A stretch of DNA of 64,000 nt from Deltaproteobacteria bacterium (GTDB lineage Bacteria; Desulfobacterota_D; UBA1144; Nemesobacterales; UBA2774), in NCBI GenBank assembly GCA_040223695.1, contig JAVKFU010000015.1:632692-696691 (forward strand), in the 5' to 3' direction. The position numbers and the translations under genes were made by a program. Numbering within the stretch: the first letter of the stretch is position 1; each line of letters opens with the position of its first letter. Below the pieces are notes generated by a model that made no database searches, was not told the origin of the DNA, and worked only from the letters and a program-made list of their open reading frames with translations. This document shows positions 20,780 to 29,700 of the stretch, one piece after another.

Positions 20780-22651
20780 TTAGTCGAATAATTCAACGAG
20801 CGGGTTTCCGGTCGCGCCGTTCGGGAAGGGGATTTTCAAGAGCGCGGAAATAGTAGGGGCTATATCCGTAATCTCAACAGGCCTCACGGACTCCCCCTCT
20901 TTTATCTTCCATCCGTAAAATACGAGCGGCACGTGAGTGTCGTAGTTGTAGGGTGCTCCGTGGGTCGTGCCCTTCTTGTCGAACCTCTTCTTGTACTCTA
21001 TCCAGGAGGGCTCCATGATGATGGCGACATCGCCCGACCTCTTTCTGTTAAAACCGTTCTGTACCATAAGCTTCCTGCCCCGGCTGAATTCCGCCTTGTT
21101 GAGATCGGACGCCGTAACCGCGTCCGCAACACCGTCAAGTGCCATCATATACCTGACGACCTCACTTTCGACCTCCACAATATTAAGCCTGGAGTCCTTT
21201 GCAATAGCCTTCCGGTCGAGATACACCTGCTGGTTGCTGTAGCTTAAAACCGCGTCCGTATCCCCCAAGTCGAATTTCTCTTTAAGGTATCGGTTGAGAT
21301 TGTCCTTCACGTCGTCATCGTCCATAAAATAACCGGCGGGGATGCCCTCATCCTGAAGGTAGAGCGGAACATCGACAGCACCGTGGTCAGAAGTGAGAAA
21401 CACGAGGTAATTCCCCTCCCCTACACGCTCGTCTATCTCATCGAGAATCCCGGCGATATCCCTGTCGAGCCTTATGTAAGCGTCCTCGATCTCCATGGAG
21501 CGCGGCCCGTAGCTGTGGCCGATTATATCGGTAGCGGAAAAGCTCACTGCCATAAAATCGGTGATTTCGTCCCTTCCAAGCGCAAGCTCATCGTCCCTCA
21601 AAGCCGCAATCGCGAAGTCAGCCGTAATCGAATTTCCGTAAGGGGTGTGTTTGATGAGCCTTCCCCATTTGCCCCTGAATTCCTTTTCATTCTCCGTTAG
21701 GACCTCCACCAGATCGTACGGGAGAACAGGCGGTCTGTAGTTCCCGCCCTCATCCTTACCCCTTATGGACTTTTCGTATTTCTCGTTGCCCTCGTCACTC
21801 GCGGAGTATTTCGATTTATCGAGGAGGGTCTTCCATTTTCCGTCTATACCCGGTTGTTTCAAATATTTTTCGGCTGAATACTTCTCGTTAAAAGTTCTTA
21901 CCCAACCCGGCAATTGAAGCGTCCGTTTATCTCTATTCCCCTCCGCCCTGTAATAATATGAGCTTGTAATCCAGGTCCCGGTGTTATCGTCGAGCCAGTA
22001 CGCAGCGTTGCCCAGATGCCCCGCAGGCATTATCGCCCCTCTGTCCTTGAGCGATATCCCGATTACGACCGACTCCATGTTCGTCGCAAGTCTGAACTCG
22101 TCCGTTACGGTTGTGACAAGCATGTTTCCCGGCGATCTTCGACCCGTTGAATCATCACTATCTCTCCCTTTTTCAATCCCTACCGGAAATACAGCGCCGT
22201 CATAGGCGCAGTACATTTCATCGCCCTTGTTTCCTAAGGACCTGTCGAACCAGCTATTTCCTATAATCCCGTGCACGGAAGGTGTAGCGCCAGTGTAGAT
22301 AGATGTATGTGTGGGACAGGTTTTGGTAGGCGCAAAGTTGTATTTTGTATTATTGAAACTGTATCCGCCCTTTACCAGCTTCCTGAAGCCGCCGTCCCCG
22401 AACCTGTTCCAATAGCGCGGAAGGAAATCATAGCGCATCTGATCGACGATTATTCCCAGGATGAGCCTCGGCGATGAATCGCCACGCACTACGGGAGCGG
22501 GGCCCATCGTTGGCGAAGGGCTCTGAGTCGCGGCAATCTTGATGCTTTCTTTCCTTTTCGTCCTTTCAGGCCTCTCACAGGAATAGAGAATAACGACGGG
22601 CAGGATCAAGAAAATCAATATTCGGACACGGGATAAAAATAAGAATTTCAT
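20780..22651 (-). CDS. alkaline phosphatase superfamily protein (PafA/NPP-like), secreted
   Basis: Signal peptide. GIIVDQMRYDFL, TKTCPTHTSIYTG and FLTSDHG are AlkP-core metal-site motifs. 623 aa. Confidence 0.75.
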   Translation of the reverse strand: MKFLFLSRVRILIFLILPVVILYSCERPERTKRKESIKIAATQSPSPTMGPAPVVRGDSSPRLILGIIVDQMRYDFLPRYWNRFGDGGFRKLVKGGYSFNNTKYNFAPTKTCPTHTSIYTGATPSVHGIIGNSWFDRSLGNKGDEMYCAYDGAVFPVGIEKGRDSDDSTGRRSPGNMLVTTVTDEFRLATNMESVVIGISLKDRGAIMPAGHLGNAAYWLDDNTGTWITSSYYYRAEGNRDKRTLQLPGWVRTFNEKYSAEKYLKQPGIDGKWKTLLDKSKYSASDEGNEKYEKSIRGKDEGGNYRPPVLPYDLVEVLTENEKEFRGKWGRLIKHTPYGNSITADFAIAALRDDELALGRDEITDFMAVSFSATDIIGHSYGPRSMEIEDAYIRLDRDIAGILDEIDERVGEGNYLVFLTSDHGAVDVPLYLQDEGIPAGYFMDDDDVKDNLNRYLKEKFDLGDTDAVLSYSNQQVYLDRKAIAKDSRLNIVEVESEVVRYMMALDGVADAVTASDLNKAEFSRGRKLMVQNGFNRKRSGDVAIIMEPSWIEYKKRFDKKGTTHGAPYNYDTHVPLVFYGWKIKEGESVRPVEITDIAPTISALLKIPFPNGATGNPLVELFD

Positions 22652-22827
22652 TGATGCGCTTCCTCTATTATTCCCACAAGCAGATTTTACAACGGATTTG
22701 TTAACTTTGCGTTAAAATATAATTTCATAAGTGGATCGGGTTCGAATATCAAGCGCATTTACTTTATAAGAAAATCGAATTCAGTCATACTTAAGACTAC
22801 TATACCGACGAGGAAAATTGTACGCAA

Positions 22828-23205
22828 TTGTCCGGAAAGAAATTATTTATATTCATTCTCGCGTTTGCGGTAATTATCACGGGGCTGCTCGCGTTCCGCT
22901 ACCTTCACGGAACGCATACGGAGTATTGCCCGCTCTCGCATAAATTAAGCGACACGGCGGACTGCGTCGTTCTGCACAAAGCCCGGGGCAGAGTGCTCAT
23001 ACGCCATGCCGACAGATACAGGGTCGATTACTATATTGAGATAATCGACGGCGGAGAGTCCTATAAATACGAGATCCCCGAATACAGCGTGAACGGACCC
23101 GCCCCTAAAAAATTCAGGGTAAGGATGATCGAAAACGAACTCGGCGCCGTTACCGTGAACGGCGAAAGACTAACGCTCCTTCCAATTTCAAGCGGCGGGA
23201 GATAG
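22828..23205 (+). CDS. hypothetical membrane-anchored protein
   Basis: One N-terminal TM helix. Confidence 0.4.
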   Translation: MSGKKLFIFILAFAVIITGLLAFRYLHGTHTEYCPLSHKLSDTADCVVLHKARGRVLIRHADRYRVDYYIEIIDGGESYKYEIPEYSVNGPAPKKFRVRMIENELGAVTVNGERLTLLPISSGGR

Positions 23206-23214
23206 AGCCAGAGA

Positions 23215-23742
23215 CTAATCAAAAGTAATCACTTCAAAACAGCGGGGCGGGATGGAGTCGGAGCAGAAATTGCATGTTGCGTTTTCTACCCTAACACCGG
23301 GGATATTGATAAAGAGCGAGAGCTTGTCTATCTGAAAAGGCCTTATATCCTCCAGAGTCCCCGCGAATTCACCCTTCACGAATCTTCCGAGCTGGTTCTG
23401 GGATGTTTCAAAGAGGTTCATCGTTTCGCAGTCGGAGAACTCAGCGAGCCAAAGTGCGGAGGTGTTCAGGAAACTGAAGATGGTTCCGGGGTTCGGAGTA
23501 CCTTCGAGAACCGCAACAACCCAGTCAATTGAAAACCTGTCCCCAGTCTCCTGACCGGTGCACTTGATGCAGCTGAGCCCGTCCTGCTGCCCAATGGCCA
23601 GGATTGTCTGGGACGGGCAGGAGCTCCGCTCGAGGTTCACGCCGAAGCATCCGTCTATTTCGGAATCGCAGGATATGAATACAAGAGTTGCAATAGCGGA
23701 AATAAAAACAAAGAGTCCGGCTTTGAGGTATTGATTAACCAT
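23215..23742 (-). CDS. hypothetical secreted Cys-rich protein
   Basis: Signal peptide and 10 Cys residues. Confidence 0.4.
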   Translation of the reverse strand: MVNQYLKAGLFVFISAIATLVFISCDSEIDGCFGVNLERSSCPSQTILAIGQQDGLSCIKCTGQETGDRFSIDWVVAVLEGTPNPGTIFSFLNTSALWLAEFSDCETMNLFETSQNQLGRFVKGEFAGTLEDIRPFQIDKLSLFINIPGVRVENATCNFCSDSIPPRCFEVITFD

Positions 23743-23892
23743 TATATTTAAAGTATAGCTAAAAACGACGGGACTTAATTTATTTTCTTTGATTGTTATA
23801 ATATCAGCAGCACGATTTTTCTATCACCCCGTTTTTGCAGTTAAAATTAGTCCCCTGGAAATTTATGAGAAAGAATATTGTAGGAGAAAAGA

Positions 23893-24288
23893 ATGGTTTA
23901 TGAATACAAATATATAATTTTAGTTTTATTCGCAGTTATTTTGCTGTCGGCCGGATGCAAGGAATCCCCGAACCTTCAGCCCGAGCTTACAGGGGTGTGG
24001 ACAAGAACAATAGGCAGCGGAGAAGACACGATAGAGGGGATATTGAAATTCGACCCCGACGCCACATTCGACTTTACGTTCAAGGGCGATTCGAAAAACC
24101 ATGAGGACACGGAAGGCAGGTACAGCCTCGAAGGGAATCAAATAACCTTCATAGATAACTCATGCGTCGACGCCGGCACGTATACATTCATGGTCAGGAA
24201 CAATGTACTGACATTCAAAGAAGTCAAGGACGACTGCGGTCCCCGTAAAGCGGACCTCAACGGCGGATGGAAGCGGGTGGAGAAATGA
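23893..24288 (+). CDS. hypothetical lipoprotein
   Basis: LLSAGC lipobox. RBS aggagaaaag lies upstream. Confidence 0.45.
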   Translation: MVYEYKYIILVLFAVILLSAGCKESPNLQPELTGVWTRTIGSGEDTIEGILKFDPDATFDFTFKGDSKNHEDTEGRYSLEGNQITFIDNSCVDAGTYTFMVRNNVLTFKEVKDDCGPRKADLNGGWKRVEK

Positions 24289-24487
24289 TTGCTGGTTTTT
24301 ATGACGGTTATTTCTTCGATACTTAATAGTTAAGCAAGCCCTCCGACCGTGCGCTCGCAGGCAGTCAAAGAGTACCTACCCCGGCGCCTGAATCGAACCT
24401 ACAGCATAAATCACAATGCCGCTTGACTTAGAGTGCGCTCTAACTTGTATACTTTCAATTGATTCAGAAAAGACGAGGAATAATAGG

Positions 24488-24880
24488 ATGAATAAACCGT
24501 TAAAGATAAAAGACGTCTCGGAGTTAACGGGGCTAAGTAAACATACTCTCAGATACTATGAGAAAATAGGCCTGATTGACCAAGTAAAAAGGAGGGGTGA
24601 CGGCCATCGTTACTACTCCGAAAACGATGTAGCCTGGATAGAGTTCCTGAATAGACTCCGAGTAACGGGAATGCCTATAAGCCGGATGAAAACATTCGCA
24701 GATCTCAGGCGGAAAGGTAATTCAACAGCGGGGGAACGCAGGGAGATGCTCGAGAATTTTAAGGACGATTTATACCAAAGGCTGACTGATCTTAGTAAAC
24801 ATCTGGAGGCAATTGAGAAAAAGATAAAACATTACAAAGAACTTGAAAAAAAGACGAAGTCAATGAGGAGTAAGTCATGA
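24488..24880 (+). CDS. MerR family transcriptional regulator
   Basis: Start at MNKPLKIKDVSELTGLSKHTLRYYEKIGLI. HTH, then coiled-coil dimerisation helix. Confidence 0.85.
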   Translation: MNKPLKIKDVSELTGLSKHTLRYYEKIGLIDQVKRRGDGHRYYSENDVAWIEFLNRLRVTGMPISRMKTFADLRRKGNSTAGERREMLENFKDDLYQRLTDLSKHLEAIEKKIKHYKELEKKTKSMRSKS

Positions 24881-25269
24881 ACAAACAAAATGCAGTTGAA
24901 AAATTCTTCTCCGGAATCGGAGGGGGTAATATGGATGAGATTCTTGAAGCCGTTCATAAAGACGCGGTTTTTGAGGCACAGGGACCCGGTACAGTACCCA
25001 TTTACAATACATTTCACGGGAAAGAAGGAGTAACAGAGTTTGTGCGGATATTAGGTGAATTGTTCGATACAGAGGACTTTAAGGTGTATGTAACCGCCCC
25101 TCACGAAGATTATATTTTCGCCTACGGTCTGATGAAGCACCGGGTCAGGGCGACAGGAAAGATATTCGAGTGCGAATGGGCTCTGGTGTGTAAAATAAAG
25201 GAAGGTAAGATAATATCCTACAAGATGTTTGAGGATACCTTCGCGCTTGAGAGAGCATTTAAGGCTTAG
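24877..25269 (+). CDS. SnoaL-like/NTF2-like domain protein
   Basis: Start overlaps the merR stop by 4 nt (ATGA). About 130 aa with a ketosteroid-isomerase-like pattern. Confidence 0.6.
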   Translation: MNKQNAVEKFFSGIGGGNMDEILEAVHKDAVFEAQGPGTVPIYNTFHGKEGVTEFVRILGELFDTEDFKVYVTAPHEDYIFAYGLMKHRVRATGKIFECEWALVCKIKEGKIISYKMFEDTFALERAFKA

Positions 25270-25404
25270 CGCATGAGGCATTCGAAAAAAAGAGACAGAT
25301 ACAATATGCTTATAAGCAATTTAAGAACTCATACAGAGTAAAACCAGTATATAAACAAAAAATAGAGGATTGAATTAAATGTATCCTAGTTAATAATTTA
25401 TATT

Positions 25405-27006
25405 ATGTCTTCAGAAATAGTCAGATACATAAACAAAAAAGACGCCGAACTGCTTCATGAAATAGAACTAGCAGCTAACCAATCAGATCACGACACAGCT
25501 CTAAGATTAACAGAAGACAGACTCGCTAAACCTATCGATTTGTCTCGGCCATCAGAAAGACTACTTAAAGGATCACTAGCCGGTTGGCTAATTGACATAG
25601 GGACTGAATCCGGACAGGAACAAATTGTTAAAAAAGGTCTTTCTATCTTGGAGAATGAGGAGGCGGTCCTTCGTAAAAATGTAACTCAAGCCAGCTATGA
25701 TTATAATATTGGAAACGCTTATAGTTCATTATTTGACCTTAAAAAAAGTAAACCTGGTTTCAAATTAAATCCATCCGAAATCCAAGACATCGTTAAGAGT
25801 AAATCTCGATATTGGAGAGCTTACAAATCCCTACAAACACACGATAGAGCGTTCTGGGCAAAGTTGTGGGTCAACCTTGGTAATTGTTTGTTAAAATGCA
25901 ACCGAGTTGTAGAAGCGATTATATACTATGATGATGTAATTACTGAATATCCGAAATTTCCACAGGCAAATGCAAGCAGGGCTGATGCCTTACTCAAATT
26001 AAATGAAATATCAGATACCTATTCAATCAATTTACTCGCTCAAGCGATTGAGGGGTATTCAGTAGCAAGCGATTTTGCAGATACATTGTACAATCGTCAA
26101 GCTTGGCATATGCGCTCAGAATTACTGAAACAAAAATTATTAGAACATGGATACGACAGCAAAAATATAGAACATGAAACTTCCGAAACTGAATCAGAAC
26201 ATAATCAGCACTCAAAATATCGTAAATTTTGCTTAGAACAACATCTATCCCTTTCTGAGCATTCTATTTACTGTGGATGCGCTGGAGCTAGAAGTGATGA
26301 TCTCACAGTACCTAAATCATCCGGGCCAATAGGAGGTAATTTTGTTCCTAGAATGGAGTTCATATTAAATCGAGTTAAGTCAGAGTTTACATTTGCTAGA
26401 TTGATGTATTACCAAGCAGTACTTCCTTTAGAATCCGAATGGGACCTCTTGGAAGATGAAATCCGAATAACACAACTATTTGAGGATGAGATGCATGGCC
26501 CTCGCTCTGAAATGCTACGTCTGAGTTTTCGAAATTGTTTTGCAATACTTGATAAAATTGCAATGGCAATTTGCGAATTATTCGAATTAGCTCAGCCTAA
26601 GGAAGTATTATATTTTGAGAGCTTCTGGCGATCCCGATGGGAACGTATAAACCAAATCGATAATCCGGCAATAGTTGCCCTATACGCACTCGCTACAGAT
26701 TTAAATAGCAAAACAGGAGATTGGCCTGAGTTTAAAGAATGGCGTAATGCAATTGAACACAGAATCTTTTGTGTTCTTCAAAAGGAAAATTTTCACTCTG
26801 ACCCCTATTCTGTAGTTAATCAAAATGCAGGGGACCTAGTCGTTCCGTTAGATGTATTCCATCAGCGCGCTTTATTTTTATTAAGATTGACCCGTTCCGC
26901 TATATTCAGCTTTGTATTTTGTGTACGTTATGAAGGTTCTAAACTTACCGAAGGTGATCCTAGCAAAGCAATTACGCTAAGAGGCCGCAATGAGGAAAGC
27001 GGATAA
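25405..27006 (+). CDS. TPR-like + C-terminal HEPN-domain protein (LA2681-like; predicted RNase/defence protein)
   Basis: The C-terminal region contains RNAIEH, matching the HEPN Rx4-6H (RNxxxH) motif. The N-terminal about 250 aa are helical and TPR-like. The gene lies in a markedly AT-rich segment. Confidence 0.5.
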   Translation: MSSEIVRYINKKDAELLHEIELAANQSDHDTALRLTEDRLAKPIDLSRPSERLLKGSLAGWLIDIGTESGQEQIVKKGLSILENEEAVLRKNVTQASYDYNIGNAYSSLFDLKKSKPGFKLNPSEIQDIVKSKSRYWRAYKSLQTHDRAFWAKLWVNLGNCLLKCNRVVEAIIYYDDVITEYPKFPQANASRADALLKLNEISDTYSINLLAQAIEGYSVASDFADTLYNRQAWHMRSELLKQKLLEHGYDSKNIEHETSETESEHNQHSKYRKFCLEQHLSLSEHSIYCGCAGARSDDLTVPKSSGPIGGNFVPRMEFILNRVKSEFTFARLMYYQAVLPLESEWDLLEDEIRITQLFEDEMHGPRSEMLRLSFRNCFAILDKIAMAICELFELAQPKEVLYFESFWRSRWERINQIDNPAIVALYALATDLNSKTGDWPEFKEWRNAIEHRIFCVLQKENFHSDPYSVVNQNAGDLVVPLDVFHQRALFLLRLTRSAIFSFVFCVRYEGSKLTEGDPSKAITLRGRNEESG

Positions 27007-27087
27007 GCACTTCAATTTGACTTTCCGATATTTTGCTCTATTTAATGTATTTTAATATCAAAACACTGACTATGGAGGTACAAGTTA

Positions 27088-27408
27088 ATGATATGTCAGA
27101 ATTGTCGAGAAAACATAGATAGTGAAGATGCAAATCTGCCTTGTCCAAAATGCGGCTCAATGGACAGACAACTTCACATTAAGGATTCAGCAAATCTTGC
27201 TGATGCAGGCAACTTGATTAAAACCTTTTATAAAATACATCCAGAAATTCTTGTTTTGACAATATTGCTCGCCTTCATTGGAATATTAGTTGGAATACAT
27301 TTGAATCCGATTTATGGGGTAGTTATTAACTTTATAGATTTGACCTTGTTTTTTCTACTTCCACATTGGATAGAAAAAACAAATGAAAACTCTATCTTTA
27401 AGGAGTGA
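27088..27408 (+). CDS. small zinc-ribbon membrane protein
   Basis: CQNC...CPKCGS zinc ribbon followed by two TM helices. AT-rich, and co-located with the HEPN gene. Confidence 0.4.
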   Translation: MICQNCRENIDSEDANLPCPKCGSMDRQLHIKDSANLADAGNLIKTFYKIHPEILVLTILLAFIGILVGIHLNPIYGVVINFIDLTLFFLLPHWIEKTNENSIFKE

Positions 27409-27412
27409 AAAA

Positions 27413-27808
27413 ATGAAACTAGATGAATTCATTTACAAGCTGTGCACTGAGGGGAAAAACTTCGCCGCAGTCGCAACAGTGATGCCCGACGGCTCGCCTC
27501 ATGTGAGTCTCGTCTGGGTGGACTCGGACGGGGAGCATATAATTATCAACACCGCGGAAGGACGCCTTAAGCCCGAGAATATCAGACGCGACAACAGGGT
27601 CGCCGTATCTGTTTTCGACGCCGAAAATCCCTATAAACAGGCAATGGTACAGGGAGTAGTCGTTGAGGATACCCACGAGGGGGCGGAAGAGCATATTAAC
27701 CGTATGGCTAAAAAATATCTGGGCGTGGACGAATATCCTCATGGCGGGCCCGACGAGAAAAGGGTTATATTTAAGATTAAGCCCGAGAGTGTTTTCAAGC
27801 TCACGTGA
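27413..27808 (+). CDS. pyridoxamine 5'-phosphate oxidase family (PPOX class) FMN-binding protein
   Basis: Start at MKLDEF after ggag. AAVATVMPDGSPHVSLVWV...IINTAEGRLK is typical of the PNPOx-like split barrel. Confidence 0.7.
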   Translation: MKLDEFIYKLCTEGKNFAAVATVMPDGSPHVSLVWVDSDGEHIIINTAEGRLKPENIRRDNRVAVSVFDAENPYKQAMVQGVVVEDTHEGAEEHINRMAKKYLGVDEYPHGGPDEKRVIFKIKPESVFKLT

Positions 27809-27984
27809 TACCGTACTCAGTGCTCAACGCTTTATTAGGATACTCGGACCGTCATCCACTGCCCGCTTTACCTGAAATACAGTAGATCGGCGGCTTCAGA
27901 ACTTCACATGAGAGCCCTTTAAAAAAGCCCTCGAACAGCCGCATCGAGCCATTCCAGGGCTTTTTCAAAATCTGATAAATATTT

Positions 27985-28149
27985 AGAGACTTATTATGAC
28001 TGGGTTCCGGAATCACCCGAGTCAGATGGCTGCTCCGTTGTAGCGCCTTTATCTTTACCGCCGCACGCTAGTACGTTTGAGGTAGTCAGAACCGCGCCGC
28101 CGAGGGCCAGTCCCAGAGTTATCGCGAGTGTGAATAAAATCCTTTTCAT
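27985..28149 (-). CDS. small lipoprotein (51 aa, below the ORF-track size cut-off)
   Basis: The reverse complement translates to MKRILFTLAITLGLALGGAVLTTSNVLACGGKDKG.... GCAGGAGGT lies upstream of the start. Confidence 0.45.
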
Positions 28150-28338
28150 GAATCTTACCTCCTGCTGGTTTAAGAATAAAGTGTAGCTTAGAGTGTCGGA
28201 TTTTACCAGTTTTATTATCGTAATTAAAAGAAGTAATATGCAAATTTTTCTTTAAGGGGCGAATAGAAGAAAGATTTTTGCGTCTTTTTTCCCTTTTCGC
28301 GTCTATTCTGATGAGAACAAAAAATAAGGAGGCCCGAC

Positions 28339-28440
28339 ATGGCAGAGCAGGAAACAAAAGAAATCAGGTGTGAATGCGAGAATTGCAAGTGTGAGAACTG
28401 TGTTTGCGAATGTAAGTGCACTAGCTGTGATTGCGGTTAA
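28339..28440 (+). CDS. 33-aa cysteine-rich metallothionein-like peptide
   Basis: Sequence MAEQETKEIRCECENCKCENCVCECKCTSCDCG, with 10 Cys in 33 aa arranged as CxC. A strong RBS AAGGAGG lies 7 nt upstream. A hairpin with an 11-bp stem follows the stop codon. Confidence 0.5.
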   Translation: MAEQETKEIRCECENCKCENCVCECKCTSCDCG

Positions 28441-28584
28441 AGAGCCGGGGAAGATTCCGCGCGGGCGCATCTACCCTTTATGCCATATAATATAAGGTAT
28501 GCGCCCGCGGGATAATTATTACTCATAATTCCTTCCCCCAATCGGGGGGAAGGTTAGGATGGGGGATATATCAATTAAGAGAAG

Positions 28585-29190
28585 TTGGACATGGCGGAAA
28601 CAATAAATGGCAGGAATATAATTATGGAAAACACGCCGGAGACTGCTCAGGTATGGGAGGAATTTTCGGGGAACATCAGGTCGCATCTGCTCAGAAAGCT
28701 CAGGCGAAAGGACGACGCGGATGACTTGATGCAGGAGATTTTTATAAAAATACACACGCACATCGAATGCCTGAGGGATAAGAAAAAACTCACGTCCTGG
28801 ATATATACGATAGTCGAGAATACGCTCAACGACTATTACAGGAAGAACAGATATGATTCGGAATTTGACGAGAGCAGGGCCGCTACCAAAGATTCGGCAG
28901 AAGAAAACCCACTGCCCTGCATTACGCAATGCCTGAACGTATTCATAGACCGGTTGCCTATGAAGTACCGTGAGCCGCTCATGTTGAGCGATTTAGAGGG
29001 TAAAAAGCAGAAAGAAATAGCGCGGCGAATGGGTCTCTCCTATTCGGGGCTTAAGTCCAGAGTGCAGAGGGGTCGCCGGATGATAAAGGATATGTTCATC
29101 GAGTGCTGCAAGCTTTCTTTCGATGAAAAAGGGGTAATAAATAAAGAATATCAGGGGATGGAGAACTGTAAAATTTGCGGCGGGGCTTGA
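28585..29190 (+). CDS. ECF-type sigma-70 family sigma factor with Cys-rich C-terminal extension (SigZ-like)
   Basis: Region 2 reads DLMQEIFIKIH. Region 4 reads LSDLEGKKQKEIARRMGLSYSGLKSRVQRGRRMI. The C-terminus reads ECCKL...CKICGG. Confidence 0.75.
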   Translation: MDMAETINGRNIIMENTPETAQVWEEFSGNIRSHLLRKLRRKDDADDLMQEIFIKIHTHIECLRDKKKLTSWIYTIVENTLNDYYRKNRYDSEFDESRAATKDSAEENPLPCITQCLNVFIDRLPMKYREPLMLSDLEGKKQKEIARRMGLSYSGLKSRVQRGRRMIKDMFIECCKLSFDEKGVINKEYQGMENCKICGGA

Positions 29191-29324
29191 TCCGGGTCGG
29201 AAGGTTGTTTGGAATCCGGCTTTAGTGTAGCTTCAACCAAAATATTATCACTAACCATAGCTATATAAACAGCGTCTCATAGCGTTTATATTATAGATAA
29301 CTACACTAGAAAGGGGGCCGAGAA

Positions 29325-29687
29325 ATGATAGAACCAATCACGGGTCTTCCGGAAAATGTTCTCGGGTTTACGGCCAAGGGAAAAGTAACGGCCGAGGATT
29401 ATGAGAAAGTCCTCATACCGGAGGTTGAGAAAAAGCTGGCCAAATTTCCCAAAATTCGTTTCCTTTATTACATAGGGGACGATTTTGAGTCATACGAGGC
29501 CGGAGCGATGTGGGAAGACGCTAAGGTGGGTTTAGGTCATATCACGTCGTGGGAGAAGATAGCGATTGTGACCGATGTCGAGTGGATACGCGTTATGGGG
29601 AAAGTATTCGGCTTTGCAATGCCTGGGATAGTCCGTATTTTCAACAACGATGAGCTCAAGTCCGCAATTGAATGGGTGAGTGAGTAA
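29325..29687 (+). CDS. STAS/SpoIIAA-like (DUF3478-type) domain protein
   Basis: 120 aa. The pattern resembles SpoIIAA-like general stress proteins. RBS aagggggc lies upstream. Confidence 0.4.
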   Translation: MIEPITGLPENVLGFTAKGKVTAEDYEKVLIPEVEKKLAKFPKIRFLYYIGDDFESYEAGAMWEDAKVGLGHITSWEKIAIVTDVEWIRVMGKVFGFAMPGIVRIFNNDELKSAIEWVSE

Positions 29688-29700
29688 AAGTCCGTCCTCG

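Noticed and set aside
25405-27006. Leptospira origin implied by the 'LA2681-like' HEPN name
   Set aside because: The name only reflects the founding member of the HEPN subfamily. Window GC is about 50% and the gene content does not support Leptospira.
28055-28421. ORFs 28055..28357 and 28224..28421 (-)
   Set aside because: They overlap the better-supported 51-aa lipoprotein gene (different frame) and the antisense of the metallothionein-like ORF. They have no RBS and odd composition.
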